Of a DNA stretch of 64,000 nucleotides, positions 10,875-21,000 are shown piece after piece (the first letter of the stretch is position 1; each line of letters starts with the position of its first letter). The notes under the pieces are model-generated. The model saw only the letters and a list, made by a program, of their open reading frames with translations, searched no databases and was not told where the DNA came from. The stretch spans positions 826 to 64,825 of the forward strand of contig JAOAHM010000070.1 of the NCBI GenBank assembly GCA_026415235.1, written 5' to 3'. The DNA is from Ignavibacteria bacterium. GTDB lineage: Bacteria > Bacteroidota > Ignavibacteria > Ch128b. Both the position numbers and the translations under genes were made by a program.

Positions 10875-13800
10875 TTGATGAGAGTAAAATTATACTTCTT
10901 ATCAGTCGTAATTTTTTTGTTCCTAACTTCTTTTCTTTATTCACAAGATGAAGAGAGGTGGAGTAAACCAAAATTAAGATTAGAACCGGTTCAGGGAGCT
11001 AATCAAGAAGAAATTAAAATTGATTTAAATGTTCTTCAACAAGAATTACAGAAAATCCATCCGATTAGGACAATTACGAAAGATAAAACATATACAGTCT
11101 ATCCAAACATTAGAGTTTGGCCTAATGCAGGCATGACTCAGTCAGAAGTGCATATCGCTCACAATCCTAATAATCCAAATATATTATTAGGAGGATCGAA
11201 CGCTGCTAATAATTCCTCAACGGTCACTTATGTAAATCAAGGTGTATATGTAACTACAAATGGTGGCCAAACTTGGTTTGGAACTGACTCGCTTCCAGGA
11301 ATTCCTTCAGGGTTCTACCGTTCTGATCCAGTTGTTGCATTTGACCATTTAGGAAACATGTATTTCAATACTCTTGAATATAGTTCTACAGCAGGTGACC
11401 TTGTTACATTAAAATCTACTAACAATGGTTTAACATGGCCAATCAAAGTTGCGGTTCCGAACCCAGGTATTGATGAAGATAAGAATTGGATTGCTATAGA
11501 TGTCAATCCATCCTCACCATATCGAGGTTATATTTACACTGCTTACACTGAATTTCAAACAACAGATCCAAATTATAGAAGATTGGAGTTCTCTCGCTCA
11601 ACTGATGGTGGTTTGACTTTTTCAGCTCCAATCAATATGAGTGGAACTGCTGGCTATTTACATCAAGGAGTAAACTTAGCTGTTGGTACCAATGGTGATG
11701 TAGTTGCAGCTTTTACTCATTATCCAACAAGTACTTTAACAACCTCTCATGTTGCATTTGCAAGGTCAACTGATGGTGGATTAACTTGGACGCAACAACT
11801 TGTAGTTCAAAACATAAATGATATTAGAGGTAACCTTACAAAAGGTGGTAATACAATTCGTGTTAATTCGTTCCCATATATTGCGGTAGACCACAGCAAT
11901 GGACCGAGAAGAGGTTGGATTTACATTACATATGCAGCTCGTCCAGCAACTGGACAACCACCAGATGTATATTTGGTAAGATCAACTAACTTTGGTCAAA
12001 CTTGGTCAACTCCTATTAAAGTAAATTCAGAGCCTGCAAATCGTGACCAATGGTTCCCAGCAATAGCAGTTGATCCTGCAGATGGATCAGTAAATATTGT
12101 TTATTATGATAGTAGAAATTATCCAAATAATGACTCAACAGAAGTTTATCTCTCAAGGTCTTTAGATGGTGGCGTTACTTGGGAAGATATAAAAGTTTCA
12201 GATCGTGCATTTTTACCAAGAGCTATCGCTGGTCTTGCTACTGGTTATATGGGTGATTACATTGGTATAACTGCAAGAAATGGAGTTGTTTGGCCATTCT
12301 GGAATGACAATAGATTAGGATATCATCAAGCATATACGGCAAAAGTATTTTTCATTCAAATCAATCACACCAAACTTCCGAATACAGAAAATCTCAATGG
12401 ACCATATACAGTTCGAGCGAAGATAACTGGAAGTGTTGGAATTCAAGAAGCTAAAGTTTTCTGGAGAAGAGGTACAACAGGGGCATTTGATTCATTATTA
12501 ATGACAAGAGTTGCAGCAGATAGTTTTGTTGCAAACATTCCAGGAAATGGGCTACCTGCGATCTATCAATATTACATTTATGCAAGAGATAGTGTAGGAA
12601 GTTTTGCAACACTACCAGGTGGAGCACCGCAAGACATTTTCCAATTTGAAGCTGCAGCTGATAACCAACCACCAGTAATAACTCATACTGTATTAGGAAA
12701 TCAATATCGAGAATTATGGCCTCCACAAGTAACTGCTACAGTTACGGATAATATAGGTGTTGACTCAGTATGGGTTGTATTTAAGGTAAACACACCTGGT
12801 ACACTTAGACAGTTTAGACTTAATCCTCAAGGTAACAATCAGTATGCTGGTAGCTTTAACATTAGCTCAAGTCAGTTGAATGTTGGGGATACAATCTATT
12901 ACAGAATCATCGCAAAGGATTTAGCAACAAATCCTAATTTTGGTTATCATCCGAGCTCGACAGGATTTAATAGCTTCAGAATCATACCAGATACTGAATT
13001 CCCTGTAATTAATCATACAGCTCTAAGGGATCAACCTTTTATTAGATGGCCTGCTGTAATTAGAACAAATGTAACTGATAACATCGGTGTTGATAGTGTA
13101 TGGGTTGAATGGTATAAAAATACACCAGCAAATCCAAGAAGATTTAATTTAGTAAACTTAGGAAATAATAATTGGGAAGCTCCATTCAATTCAGATACAT
13201 CTCAAGTTGCAATTGGAGATTCAATCTTTTATAGAGTTGTAGCAAGAGACATTTCATTGAGTCAAAATATCACTTACTTACCAACTTCTGGTTATTATAA
13301 ATTTAGAATAATTCAAACACGTGGACTTGTGTTGGTAATTGATGATGATGTAAGTGAACTTGAAAGAATAAGTCCTGAGAAGGGACAATTCAAAGCAGAT
13401 TTAACTGCACCATTAGGAGCCTCGGCAAATCTATTTAAAGCAACTTTAGATAGCCTTGGTTACCTTGCAGATCTTGTAACATTTGCGAATTTCGATACAA
13501 GTCAGGTTTATAATTATGATATTGTAATTTTGAGTGCTGGTGCTAAAACATCATCAATATTTAATGATCAAGGTAAACGAGATGCTATTAGAAGATTTGC
13601 AGCTCTTGATGGTAAAAAGACCTGGGTTGAGGGTGGTGAAGTCGGTTACTTCTTCCGTTCAACTGGAACTAATGATCAATTATTCAGACAACAAGTTTTA
13701 TTTACTGATACATGGGTAAGTGATGCAACAACAGCAACATTAGTCCATAAGTTACCAACTCATCCAATTAATACAACGCCTAATGCTATTCCGAATAATG

Positions 13801-16800
13801 TTGCATTCACTGGAACTGGAATTGGTGTAAGGGATGCTATGAGAGTATTATCTGGTGCAAGAGTTTATCCTGTGAGTGCCTGGTCAAGTCATCCAGATAG
13901 TGGTGGTGTAATTGTACGAGATAAAACTCCAAATCCAACCAGTGCTGATAATATATTCTTTACTTTCAACATTGCAGCAATTACTGATCAATCTATTGCA
14001 AGAAGGTTAATTGAGAATACAGCTGAATATTTAATGGCCCGTGAACAAGCACCATTAGGAAGAATTTCTGGAACAGTAACACTTCAGGGTGCAACTAATC
14101 ATGGTGGTGTGACAGTTGTATTAACAGGAACAGCAAACAAAACAACAGTTACAGCTGCTAATGGTTCTTATTCATTTGACTCTCTGTATAATGGACCATA
14201 TCGAGTTACAGTAAATGCACCTGCTAACTGGTTCCCATATACTCAGTTCAAGGATACTTCAATTACTTCAGCTAATCATGTTTCTGGAATTAATTTCACT
14301 TTTGTACCTTTAGTTAAGGGAACTATTAGCGGTCAGGTTCTATTACAAGGTCAGACAAATCATAGTGGAATTTTAGTACAAGTAATAAATCAACCTGGAA
14401 AAGAAGCTTTGACTAATGCAAGTGGTAATTATCAAATTACCGATGTTAATCCAGGACAAGTTATTGTAAGATTCTCTAAACAAGGTTATGGTAGTCAAAC
14501 AAGAGATACAGTATTAGCTAATGGTGGTTCGCTTGTTTTGAATACAACTTTAACTCCTTCATTAGGGAATGTTTTGATTATTGATGACGATGTCGCTGAA
14601 AAAGATAGAATAAATCCAGAAAAACCAGGTGAAGTAGATTTAACAACACCACTTGGTGCTTCAGCAACATTATTTAAGAGTGTCTTAGACTCATTAGGTT
14701 ACAATACAACATTAGTTTCTTTTGCTTCATTAGATACAAGTACATTAAACAATTATGAACTTGTAATCCTTTCTACAGGTTCAAAATCGACTAATATCTT
14801 TAATGATGCTGGAAAACGAGCTGCTATTAGAAGATATGCAACAACTGTTGGTAAAACATTAGTTGAAGGTGGAGAAGTAGGTTACTTCTTCCGTTCGACA
14901 AGTACAACAGCAGACTCGATGTTTAGAAAAGAAGTATTGCATACAGGTGCATGGGTAAGTGACGCTACTACTTCAACATTAAGAAAAAGAATTGCAGACC
15001 ATCCTATTTGGAATGTTCCAAATTTATTACCAGATAATATTGCATTCACAGGTACTTCAATTTATACAAGAGATGCAATGCGAGTTGACCCAGCTCCAAA
15101 GCGTGTTTATCATGCAGGAACATATAGTGCCTTCCCAGACAGTGGTTCCATTGTAGTGCATGATAAAAATGCAAATCCAGCAAGTGCCGATAACATATTC
15201 TTTACCTTCAATATTGCTCAAATTACTGATCAATCTTTAGCTAGGAGATTAATAGAGAACACAGTTAAATATCTTTTCAATGTCGAAACCGCGCCATTAG
15301 GAAGAATTTCAGGAACTGTTACTTTGCAAGGTGCTCCGAATAGTGGCGGTGTTGAAGTAAGATTAAGTGGTACAGTTAGCAAAGTTACTTATACAGCACC
15401 AAATGGAGCATATAGTTTTGACTCATTGTATGCTGGACCATACAGAATAACAGCGATTGCACCAACTGGATGGTTCCCATATCAACAAGTTGTTGATACT
15501 ACTGTTAGTGCTGGTCAGCAAATTAGTAACATTAATTTCACGTTTGTACCTTTAGTGACTGGTACTATAAGTGGTCAAGTGCAATTGCAAGGTCAAACAA
15601 ACCATTCAGGTGTTGAAGTACGAGTACTTAATCAGCCAGATAAAGTTACAACTACAAATGCTGCTGGAAACTATACCTTAACAGGAGTCAATCCTGGAAA
15701 CTTGACAGTCCAATTCAAAAAACAAGGATTTAAGACAACGAGACGAGATGTTGTCTTACCAAATGGTGGAAGCGTCACGGTTAATGTTACAATGCCAGTG
15801 ACCTTAGGTAATATTCTTGTAATTGATGATGATGTATCTTATGAGGGTAGAGTATCAAATGAGAAAAACGGTACTTTTGATTTGACAAGCCCATTAGGAG
15901 CTTCAGCTAATCTATTTAAGGCGACCTTAGACTCTTTAGGATATAACGCTGACTTAGTTTCATTCAATAATCTTGATACTACAATATTAATGGATTATGA
16001 TTTACTACTGCTTACAGCAGGACCAAAGACAGGAGTACAATTCAATAATCAAGCATTAAGAGATGCTATTAGAAAATTCGCAAACACTCCTGGAAAGAAA
16101 ACATGGGTAGAAGGTGGTGAAGTTGGTTATGCTTATCGTTCAACTGGTACTAATGATCAATTATTCCGTCAACAAGTATTGTTTACTAACACATGGATAA
16201 GTGATGTTACTAGTGGTTTGTTAAACAAGAGAATCGCATCACATCCAATTAACTCCAACCCGAACTTAATACCAGATAATTTAGCATTCGCTGGTACAGG
16301 TATTGGTGAAAGAGATGCAATGACAGTCATGCCTGGTGCTAGAGTTTATCCAGTTAGTGCTTGGTCAACATTACCAGATAGTGGTGGTATTATCGTAAAT
16401 GATAAGAATGCAAATCCATTAAGTGCTGATAATGTGTTCTTCACATTTAACATAGCTGGAATGACCGATCAATCTTCTGCTAAGAAATTGATTGAAAATA
16501 CTGCTAAGTATTTATTCACTTACGAACCACCACCGACAGGAGCTATATCTGGTACTGTAAGCTTAAGCGGTTCAAATACAAATGCTGGTGTTACTGTTAA
16601 ACTTTATTCATTACCAGGAAGCTCATTGTTAAATACGGTTGTGACTGATTCAACTGGTAGATATATCTTTGGTGGATTGTATTCAGGTCTCTATAGAGTT
16701 GAAGCTACTCCTCCAACAGGATTTTATCCTGCTGTTGCAACAAGAGATACTTCAGTTGGAACTGATACTGTAAAGAATTTCAATTTCACTTTCATTAATG

Positions 16801-17921
16801 TAAACACACCACAAAGTGTAACCTTCTCAACTACTTCAGGATGGAATTTGCTCTCAGTTCCAGTAAAGCTAACGAATATGAGTAAAGGTAACTTATTCCC
16901 GAACTCAGTATCCAATGCATTCAATTATAGTGATGATTTGGGTTATATTAAGCATGATACTCTAAGAGTTGGTTCTGGATACTGGTTGAAATTCAATCAA
17001 CAACAACAACATACCTTCCAAGGACCAGTAGATTATGTGCTGAATATTCCAGTTAAGAGAGGTTGGAACTTGATAGGTGCTGCTTATAAGTCAGTACCAG
17101 TTGCAAGTGTATCTACAACTCCAGCTGGTATTATTCAATCTCCATTCTTTGAATATTCAGGCAATTACTCTCAAGCTACTAATTTAGTACAAGGTAAAGG
17201 ATACTGGGTCAAAGTTAGTCAAAATGGTACACTAACTTTGAGAACGACTTATCCAAAAGAATTACCGAAGAATATTTATGTTGAAACCATAGACGAAAAA
17301 TGGCCATCAATTTTGATTACTGATGCAGATGGACAGCAAATGAGATTATACTTAACTACTGATATGACTAATTATACTTATGAGTTACCTCCTGTTCCTC
17401 CAAATGGTGCATTTGATGTCCGTTTCAATACTGATAAATATGTTGAAGATGCGTCAGTTGGTAATTATGTGATTTCTCTAAATTCAGTAAAATATCCAAT
17501 TCAAATTAAATTAGAGAATTTTGAAGAAGGTGCAACTTACAAATTAACAGATGGATTTGATGGAAGAATTTATGAAGATATTATAAGAAATGGTGAAGTT
17601 AAAGAAATCGCTAATGCTCAATTAACTCAAATTCAAATTGCAAAAGTTGAAATACCTAAACAATTTGAATTAAGTCAGAACTATCCGAATCCATTTAATC
17701 CATCTACAATAATCAAGTTTGGATTACCGGAGAATTCGAGAGTTAAGTTGGAAATTTATAATGTGTTAGGTGAGAGAGTTGCAACTTTGATTAATAGTGA
17801 TTTGAAAGCAGGTTATTATGTTGTCAATTTCGATGCCTCCAATTTAACTTCTGGAATTTATTTCTACAGGATTGAGACATCGAATTGGAATGATGTAAAG
17901 AAGATGATATTAATTAAGTAA
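10875..17921 (+). CDS. Giant T9SS cargo protein P1: BNR/Asp-box six-bladed propeller, three Ig-like modules, three ~414-aa tandem units, shared C-terminal cassette, Por CTD
   Basis: AGGAGG at 10868-10873. ATG at 10878 is the likely start (the ORF track uses TTG at 10875). Signal peptide VVIFLFLTSFLYSQ. Six Asp-boxes: TTNGGQTW, STNNGLTW, SRSTDGGLTF, ARSTDGGLTW, RSTNFGQTW, SRSLDGGVTW. C-terminus: [14 protein letters not shown]...GIYFYRI...KKMILIK. Confidence 0.9.
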   Translation: MMRVKLYFLSVVIFLFLTSFLYSQDEERWSKPKLRLEPVQGANQEEIKIDLNVLQQELQKIHPIRTITKDKTYTVYPNIRVWPNAGMTQSEVHIAHNPNNPNILLGGSNAANNSSTVTYVNQGVYVTTNGGQTWFGTDSLPGIPSGFYRSDPVVAFDHLGNMYFNTLEYSSTAGDLVTLKSTNNGLTWPIKVAVPNPGIDEDKNWIAIDVNPSSPYRGYIYTAYTEFQTTDPNYRRLEFSRSTDGGLTFSAPINMSGTAGYLHQGVNLAVGTNGDVVAAFTHYPTSTLTTSHVAFARSTDGGLTWTQQLVVQNINDIRGNLTKGGNTIRVNSFPYIAVDHSNGPRRGWIYITYAARPATGQPPDVYLVRSTNFGQTWSTPIKVNSEPANRDQWFPAIAVDPADGSVNIVYYDSRNYPNNDSTEVYLSRSLDGGVTWEDIKVSDRAFLPRAIAGLATGYMGDYIGITARNGVVWPFWNDNRLGYHQAYTAKVFFIQINHTKLPNTENLNGPYTVRAKITGSVGIQEAKVFWRRGTTGAFDSLLMTRVAADSFVANIPGNGLPAIYQYYIYARDSVGSFATLPGGAPQDIFQFEAAADNQPPVITHTVLGNQYRELWPPQVTATVTDNIGVDSVWVVFKVNTPGTLRQFRLNPQGNNQYAGSFNISSSQLNVGDTIYYRIIAKDLATNPNFGYHPSSTGFNSFRIIPDTEFPVINHTALRDQPFIRWPAVIRTNVTDNIGVDSVWVEWYKNTPANPRRFNLVNLGNNNWEAPFNSDTSQVAIGDSIFYRVVARDISLSQNITYLPTSGYYKFRIIQTRGLVLVIDDDVSELERISPEKGQFKADLTAPLGASANLFKATLDSLGYLADLVTFANFDTSQVYNYDIVILSAGAKTSSIFNDQGKRDAIRRFAALDGKKTWVEGGEVGYFFRSTGTNDQLFRQQVLFTDTWVSDATTATLVHKLPTHPINTTPNAIPNNVAFTGTGIGVRDAMRVLSGARVYPVSAWSSHPDSGGVIVRDKTPNPTSADNIFFTFNIAAITDQSIARRLIENTAEYLMAREQAPLGRISGTVTLQGATNHGGVTVVLTGTANKTTVTAANGSYSFDSLYNGPYRVTVNAPANWFPYTQFKDTSITSANHVSGINFTFVPLVKGTISGQVLLQGQTNHSGILVQVINQPGKEALTNASGNYQITDVNPGQVIVRFSKQGYGSQTRDTVLANGGSLVLNTTLTPSLGNVLIIDDDVAEKDRINPEKPGEVDLTTPLGASATLFKSVLDSLGYNTTLVSFASLDTSTLNNYELVILSTGSKSTNIFNDAGKRAAIRRYATTVGKTLVEGGEVGYFFRSTSTTADSMFRKEVLHTGAWVSDATTSTLRKRIADHPIWNVPNLLPDNIAFTGTSIYTRDAMRVDPAPKRVYHAGTYSAFPDSGSIVVHDKNANPASADNIFFTFNIAQITDQSLARRLIENTVKYLFNVETAPLGRISGTVTLQGAPNSGGVEVRLSGTVSKVTYTAPNGAYSFDSLYAGPYRITAIAPTGWFPYQQVVDTTVSAGQQISNINFTFVPLVTGTISGQVQLQGQTNHSGVEVRVLNQPDKVTTTNAAGNYTLTGVNPGNLTVQFKKQGFKTTRRDVVLPNGGSVTVNVTMPVTLGNILVIDDDVSYEGRVSNEKNGTFDLTSPLGASANLFKATLDSLGYNADLVSFNNLDTTILMDYDLLLLTAGPKTGVQFNNQALRDAIRKFANTPGKKTWVEGGEVGYAYRSTGTNDQLFRQQVLFTNTWISDVTSGLLNKRIASHPINSNPNLIPDNLAFAGTGIGERDAMTVMPGARVYPVSAWSTLPDSGGIIVNDKNANPLSADNVFFTFNIAGMTDQSSAKKLIENTAKYLFTYEPPPTGAISGTVSLSGSNTNAGVTVKLYSLPGSSLLNTVVTDSTGRYIFGGLYSGLYRVEATPPTGFYPAVATRDTSVGTDTVKNFNFTFINVNTPQSVTFSTTSGWNLLSVPVKLTNMSKGNLFPNSVSNAFNYSDDLGYIKHDTLRVGSGYWLKFNQQQQHTFQGPVDYVLNIPVKRGWNLIGAAYKSVPVASVSTTPAGIIQSPFFEYSGNYSQATNLVQGKGYWVKVSQNGTLTLRTTYPKELPKNIYVETIDEKWPSILITDADGQQMRLYLTTDMTNYTYELPPVPPNGAFDVRFNTDKYVEDASVGNYVISLNSVKYPIQIKLENFEEGATYKLTDGFDGRIYEDIIRNGEVKEIANAQLTQIQIAKVEIPKQFELSQNYPNPFNPSTIIKFGLPENSRVKLEIYNVLGERVATLINSDLKAGYYVVNFDASNLTSGIYFYRIETSNWNDVKKMILIK
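12660..13319 (+). repeat. Two tandem 110-aa (330-nt) Ig-like units inside P1
   Basis: Unit 1 is 12660-12989 (DNQPPVITHT...VTDNIGVDSVWVVF...YYRIIAKD). Unit 2 is 12990-13319 (DTEFPVINHT...VTDNIGVDSVWVEW...FYRVVARD). Confidence 0.85.
13320..16800 (+). repeat. Three tandem in-frame units inside P1: 13320-14561, 14562-15803 (414 aa each) and a truncated third at 15804-~16800
   Basis: Each unit opens with an (L/V)(L/V)(V/I)IDDDV-type motif and has an alpha/beta-looking ~270-aa part (PLGASANLFKATLDSLGY, WVEGGEVGYFFRS, ADNIFFTFNIA..TDQS.A..LIENTA.YL). CarboxypepD_reg-like beta-sandwiches follow (GRISGTVTLQG...GVTV...NG.Y.FD.LY.GPYR.T). Units 1 and 2 have two sandwiches and unit 3 has one. Confidence 0.9.
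16839..17918 (+). other. Shared C-terminal cassette, copy in P1
   Basis: Twin GWNL...GYW[LV]K module at 16839-17240. ELPPVPPNGAFDVRF at 17382-17426. T9SS CTD at 17664-17918. Confidence 0.85.
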
Positions 17922-17955
17922 TAGCTATATGACTTATACTAAAAATTTTAATTCA

Positions 17956-17996
17956 GTTAATTCCCCGTGCATTCATGTTGAGTGCACGGGATTAAC
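17956..17996 (+). other. Strong intergenic stem-loop between P1 and P2, with no U-tract
   Basis: GTTAAT(TC)CCCGTGCA pairs with TGCACGGGATTAAC: 14 bp with a 2-nt bulge. It can extend by 3 more pairs (TTC/GAG) to leave a 5-nt loop. The flanking sequence is A-rich (ACAAAAAG), not T-rich. Confidence 0.6.
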
Positions 17997-18021
17997 ACAA
18001 AAAGTAAATAAAGGAGAGTCT

Positions 18022-21000
18022 ATGAAAAAATTACTTCTATCTCTTGTTCTTCTTGTAACATTCGCAACAATGGCATATAGCCAGTATGCCGAAAGTTTCT
18101 TTACTTCTAATCCTAACTACAAACTTGAATTAGAAAGGTCGGGTAGTAATTTTATTTCAATACCTGCTTCTATTAATTACAAACCACTTGGTGTGATTAA
18201 TTGGTCAGAAGGATTTGAAGGAACAACATTTCCACCGACTGGTTGGTCGGTTCATCAATTAGATGGTGGTACTCAGACTTGGGTTAGATACACAACAACT
18301 CCAATATTTGGAACAGCTTCGGCAGCGGTTAGATGGGAGTCAACTACCTTAGCCAATGATGATTGGTTAGTTACTCCACAATTTCAGGTAAATGCAGGTG
18401 CATTCTTGAATTTTTATGCAAAGAGACAATCAACTTCTTTCTTTGACTCAGTTGAAATTTATTATTCAACTACAGGTGGCGTTCCACCTTCGGGATATAC
18501 AAGGATTACGACTGTAATGCCTCAGAGCACAACAACTGGTGAATTATTCCAAGTATCGTTAGCTAGTTTAGCTGGTCAGAATGTTAGAATTGCTTTTAGA
18601 TACAAAGAATTAGATCAATTCAGGATTTATCTTGATAGTATTTATGTTGAAACACCTGTAACTCTTGATGCGGGTATTTCTGCCATAAATAAACCAGGCT
18701 CATTAGAAACAACATTAGGTACTGCACCACAAATCGTAGTGAGGAATTTTGGTGCAAATCCAACGGGTCCATTTACTGCTACATTAACAATACAACCTGG
18801 TGGATATTCTCAAACAGTTAATGTTAGTTCGTTAAATAGTGGTGCAAGTGTTACATTAGATTTACCACAATGGACACCAACCTCAAAAGGAACATACACG
18901 GTTACTGCTTATACTTCTTTAAGTGGTGACTTAAATCCACAAAATGATACTCTAAGAAAAACTGTTGTGGTATTGGAAGAATTACAGCGTGATTTCACTC
19001 ATAATGTTTCAAATATCTTCCCAGCAGTTTCGCTCTACGGTGTTGAATTCGATGGTAATTACTACTACATGACGAAATGGAATGAAAACAAAATTTATAG
19101 ATTGAATAAGGCTGCAACAGTATTAGACTCATTTACAATTTCTGGGCTTTCTTCAACTGTAGGAATTCGTGATTTAGCTTGGGATGGTCAATATTTATAT
19201 GGTAGTAATGCTTCTACTACAGTATATAGAATAGATATTTCAACATTTACGGCCACTCCAGCATTTACTTCACCTGTTGTTGTTAGAGGTATAGCTTATA
19301 ACAAAGCAAGTGATGCCTTCTGGGTATCTAACTGGAATACAGATTTAAGATTGGTTAGCAGAACAGGTACGAATTTACAAACAATTACTGCTGCAACACA
19401 TGGTCTTACTGGTATGTCTGGTTTAGCATATGATACTTTAACTACTGGTGGACCATATATTTGGGTTTTGGATGGTGGCTCTGATGTAGCTCCAAAAATT
19501 TTATATAAAATTAGAGCATCAAATGGTGCAAAGGTTGATAGCTTTTTGATTACTCATCACTTGCCAACAGGTGCAATTGGTGGTGGTGTATTTTGTTCAA
19601 ATCAAGTAATTCCTGGAGTAATAACGCTTGGTGTTCTCAACCAAGGTACACCACACTTAATTAATGGATATAGAATTGGTGGTGCACAAGTACAAGGTAC
19701 TATTTCTATATTGTATCCGATGGGTGGTGAAAATATTTTGGTGAATTCAAAACAAATAGTTGTGTGGAAATCTGCAAATGTACAAGGTAATGTTAATATT
19801 TTAGTTTCAACTGATAACGGTGCAACTTGGCAACCATTAGCTACAAATATTCCAAATACTGGTTTCTATTCAGTTACAGCTGCACCAGCTCCAGTTAACA
19901 ATGTAAAAATTCGAGTTGTGTCTGTAACTACTCCAACTGTATTTGGTGAAAGTCAAGCATTCAATATTGTATCTGGTACTACACCAGAAGTTGATTTCCC
20001 ATTAGTCGTTTCAGATGGAACTTATGCAGAAGGTTTGAGAACTGGATTACATCCAACTGCAACAGATGGAATTGATACACATTTAGGTGAATTTGAATTA
20101 CCACCTTCACCACCAACTAGTGTTTTTGATGCTCGATTGATTGGTTCAGATATAGGAATACCTCAACTTGGTAACGGTGTTTTAAGAGACTATCGTCAAG
20201 GTTCATTGACCTTTAATGGTCAGAAAGTACACGAACTTAAATTCCAAATGAGTTCGTTGGCTAGACTAACTTCATCGAATATTACAATTTATTGGGATTT
20301 ACCAAGTAATGTAACTGGAAGATTGCAAGATATAGTTACTGGTAATATCATTGATGTTCCAATGTCTGGATTAGGTTCTTATACTGTTTCAAATCCATCA
20401 TTATACAACAAATTAAAAGTTACTTATACATATACCTACACTCCACCTGTAACTGGTACAATCAAAGTTCTTTATCCTAATGGTGGAGAGGTTATTAGGA
20501 AAGGATCTGGTATTGTTGTAGCGTGGAATTCGAATGTTCCAGGTTTGGTTCGACTCTTAGGGTCGACTGATGGTGGAAATACTTGGGTATTACTAAGGGA
20601 TAGCTTGCCTAATACAGGTGTATTTGGAGATGTCATTAGTACAACAACACCAGAAAGCAACCAATGGAGAGTTAGAATCCAAAGTATAGGTAATCCAACA
20701 ATCTTTGATGATAGCGATGGTAATTTCACAGTTCAAGGTAACAAGTTAGTTTATATTGATAATCCATTTGTGATTTCTGATGGACAATCAAGTGTAGGTT
20801 TGTATTATGGTATCGATCCAAATGCAACAGACGGTATTGATTTAGCACTCGGTGAAGCTGAATTACCTCCACCTCCTCCAACAGGTGTATTTGATGGTCG
20901 TTTCATTGGAGCTGATATCGGTGTCCCACAATTAGGTCAAGGTACTTTAAAAGATTACAGACAAGGTGGAGCAACATTTAGTGGTAATAAAATTCATGAA

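Noticed and set aside
13320-16800. Possibility that the P1/P2 internal repeats are diversity-generating-retroelement template/variable repeats or phase-variable cassettes
   Set aside because: No reverse transcriptase or recombinase gene lies in the window. Differences between copies are spread over all bases and codon positions and are not adenine-specific. The copies are too diverged for frequent recombination.
16998-17010. (CAA)n trinucleotide run encoding QQQQ in P1
   Set aside because: There are only about four repeat units and they are in frame. That is too short to argue for slipped-strand phase variation.
17929-18021. N-terminal 31 codons of ORF-track entry 17929..26169 (MTYTKNFNSVNSPCIHVECTGLTQKVNKGES)
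   Set aside because: This stretch covers the intergenic stem-loop and has no signal-peptide character. A Shine-Dalgarno sequence (AAAGGAGAG) and a canonical signal peptide begin at the ATG at 18022, so the extension is most likely non-coding.
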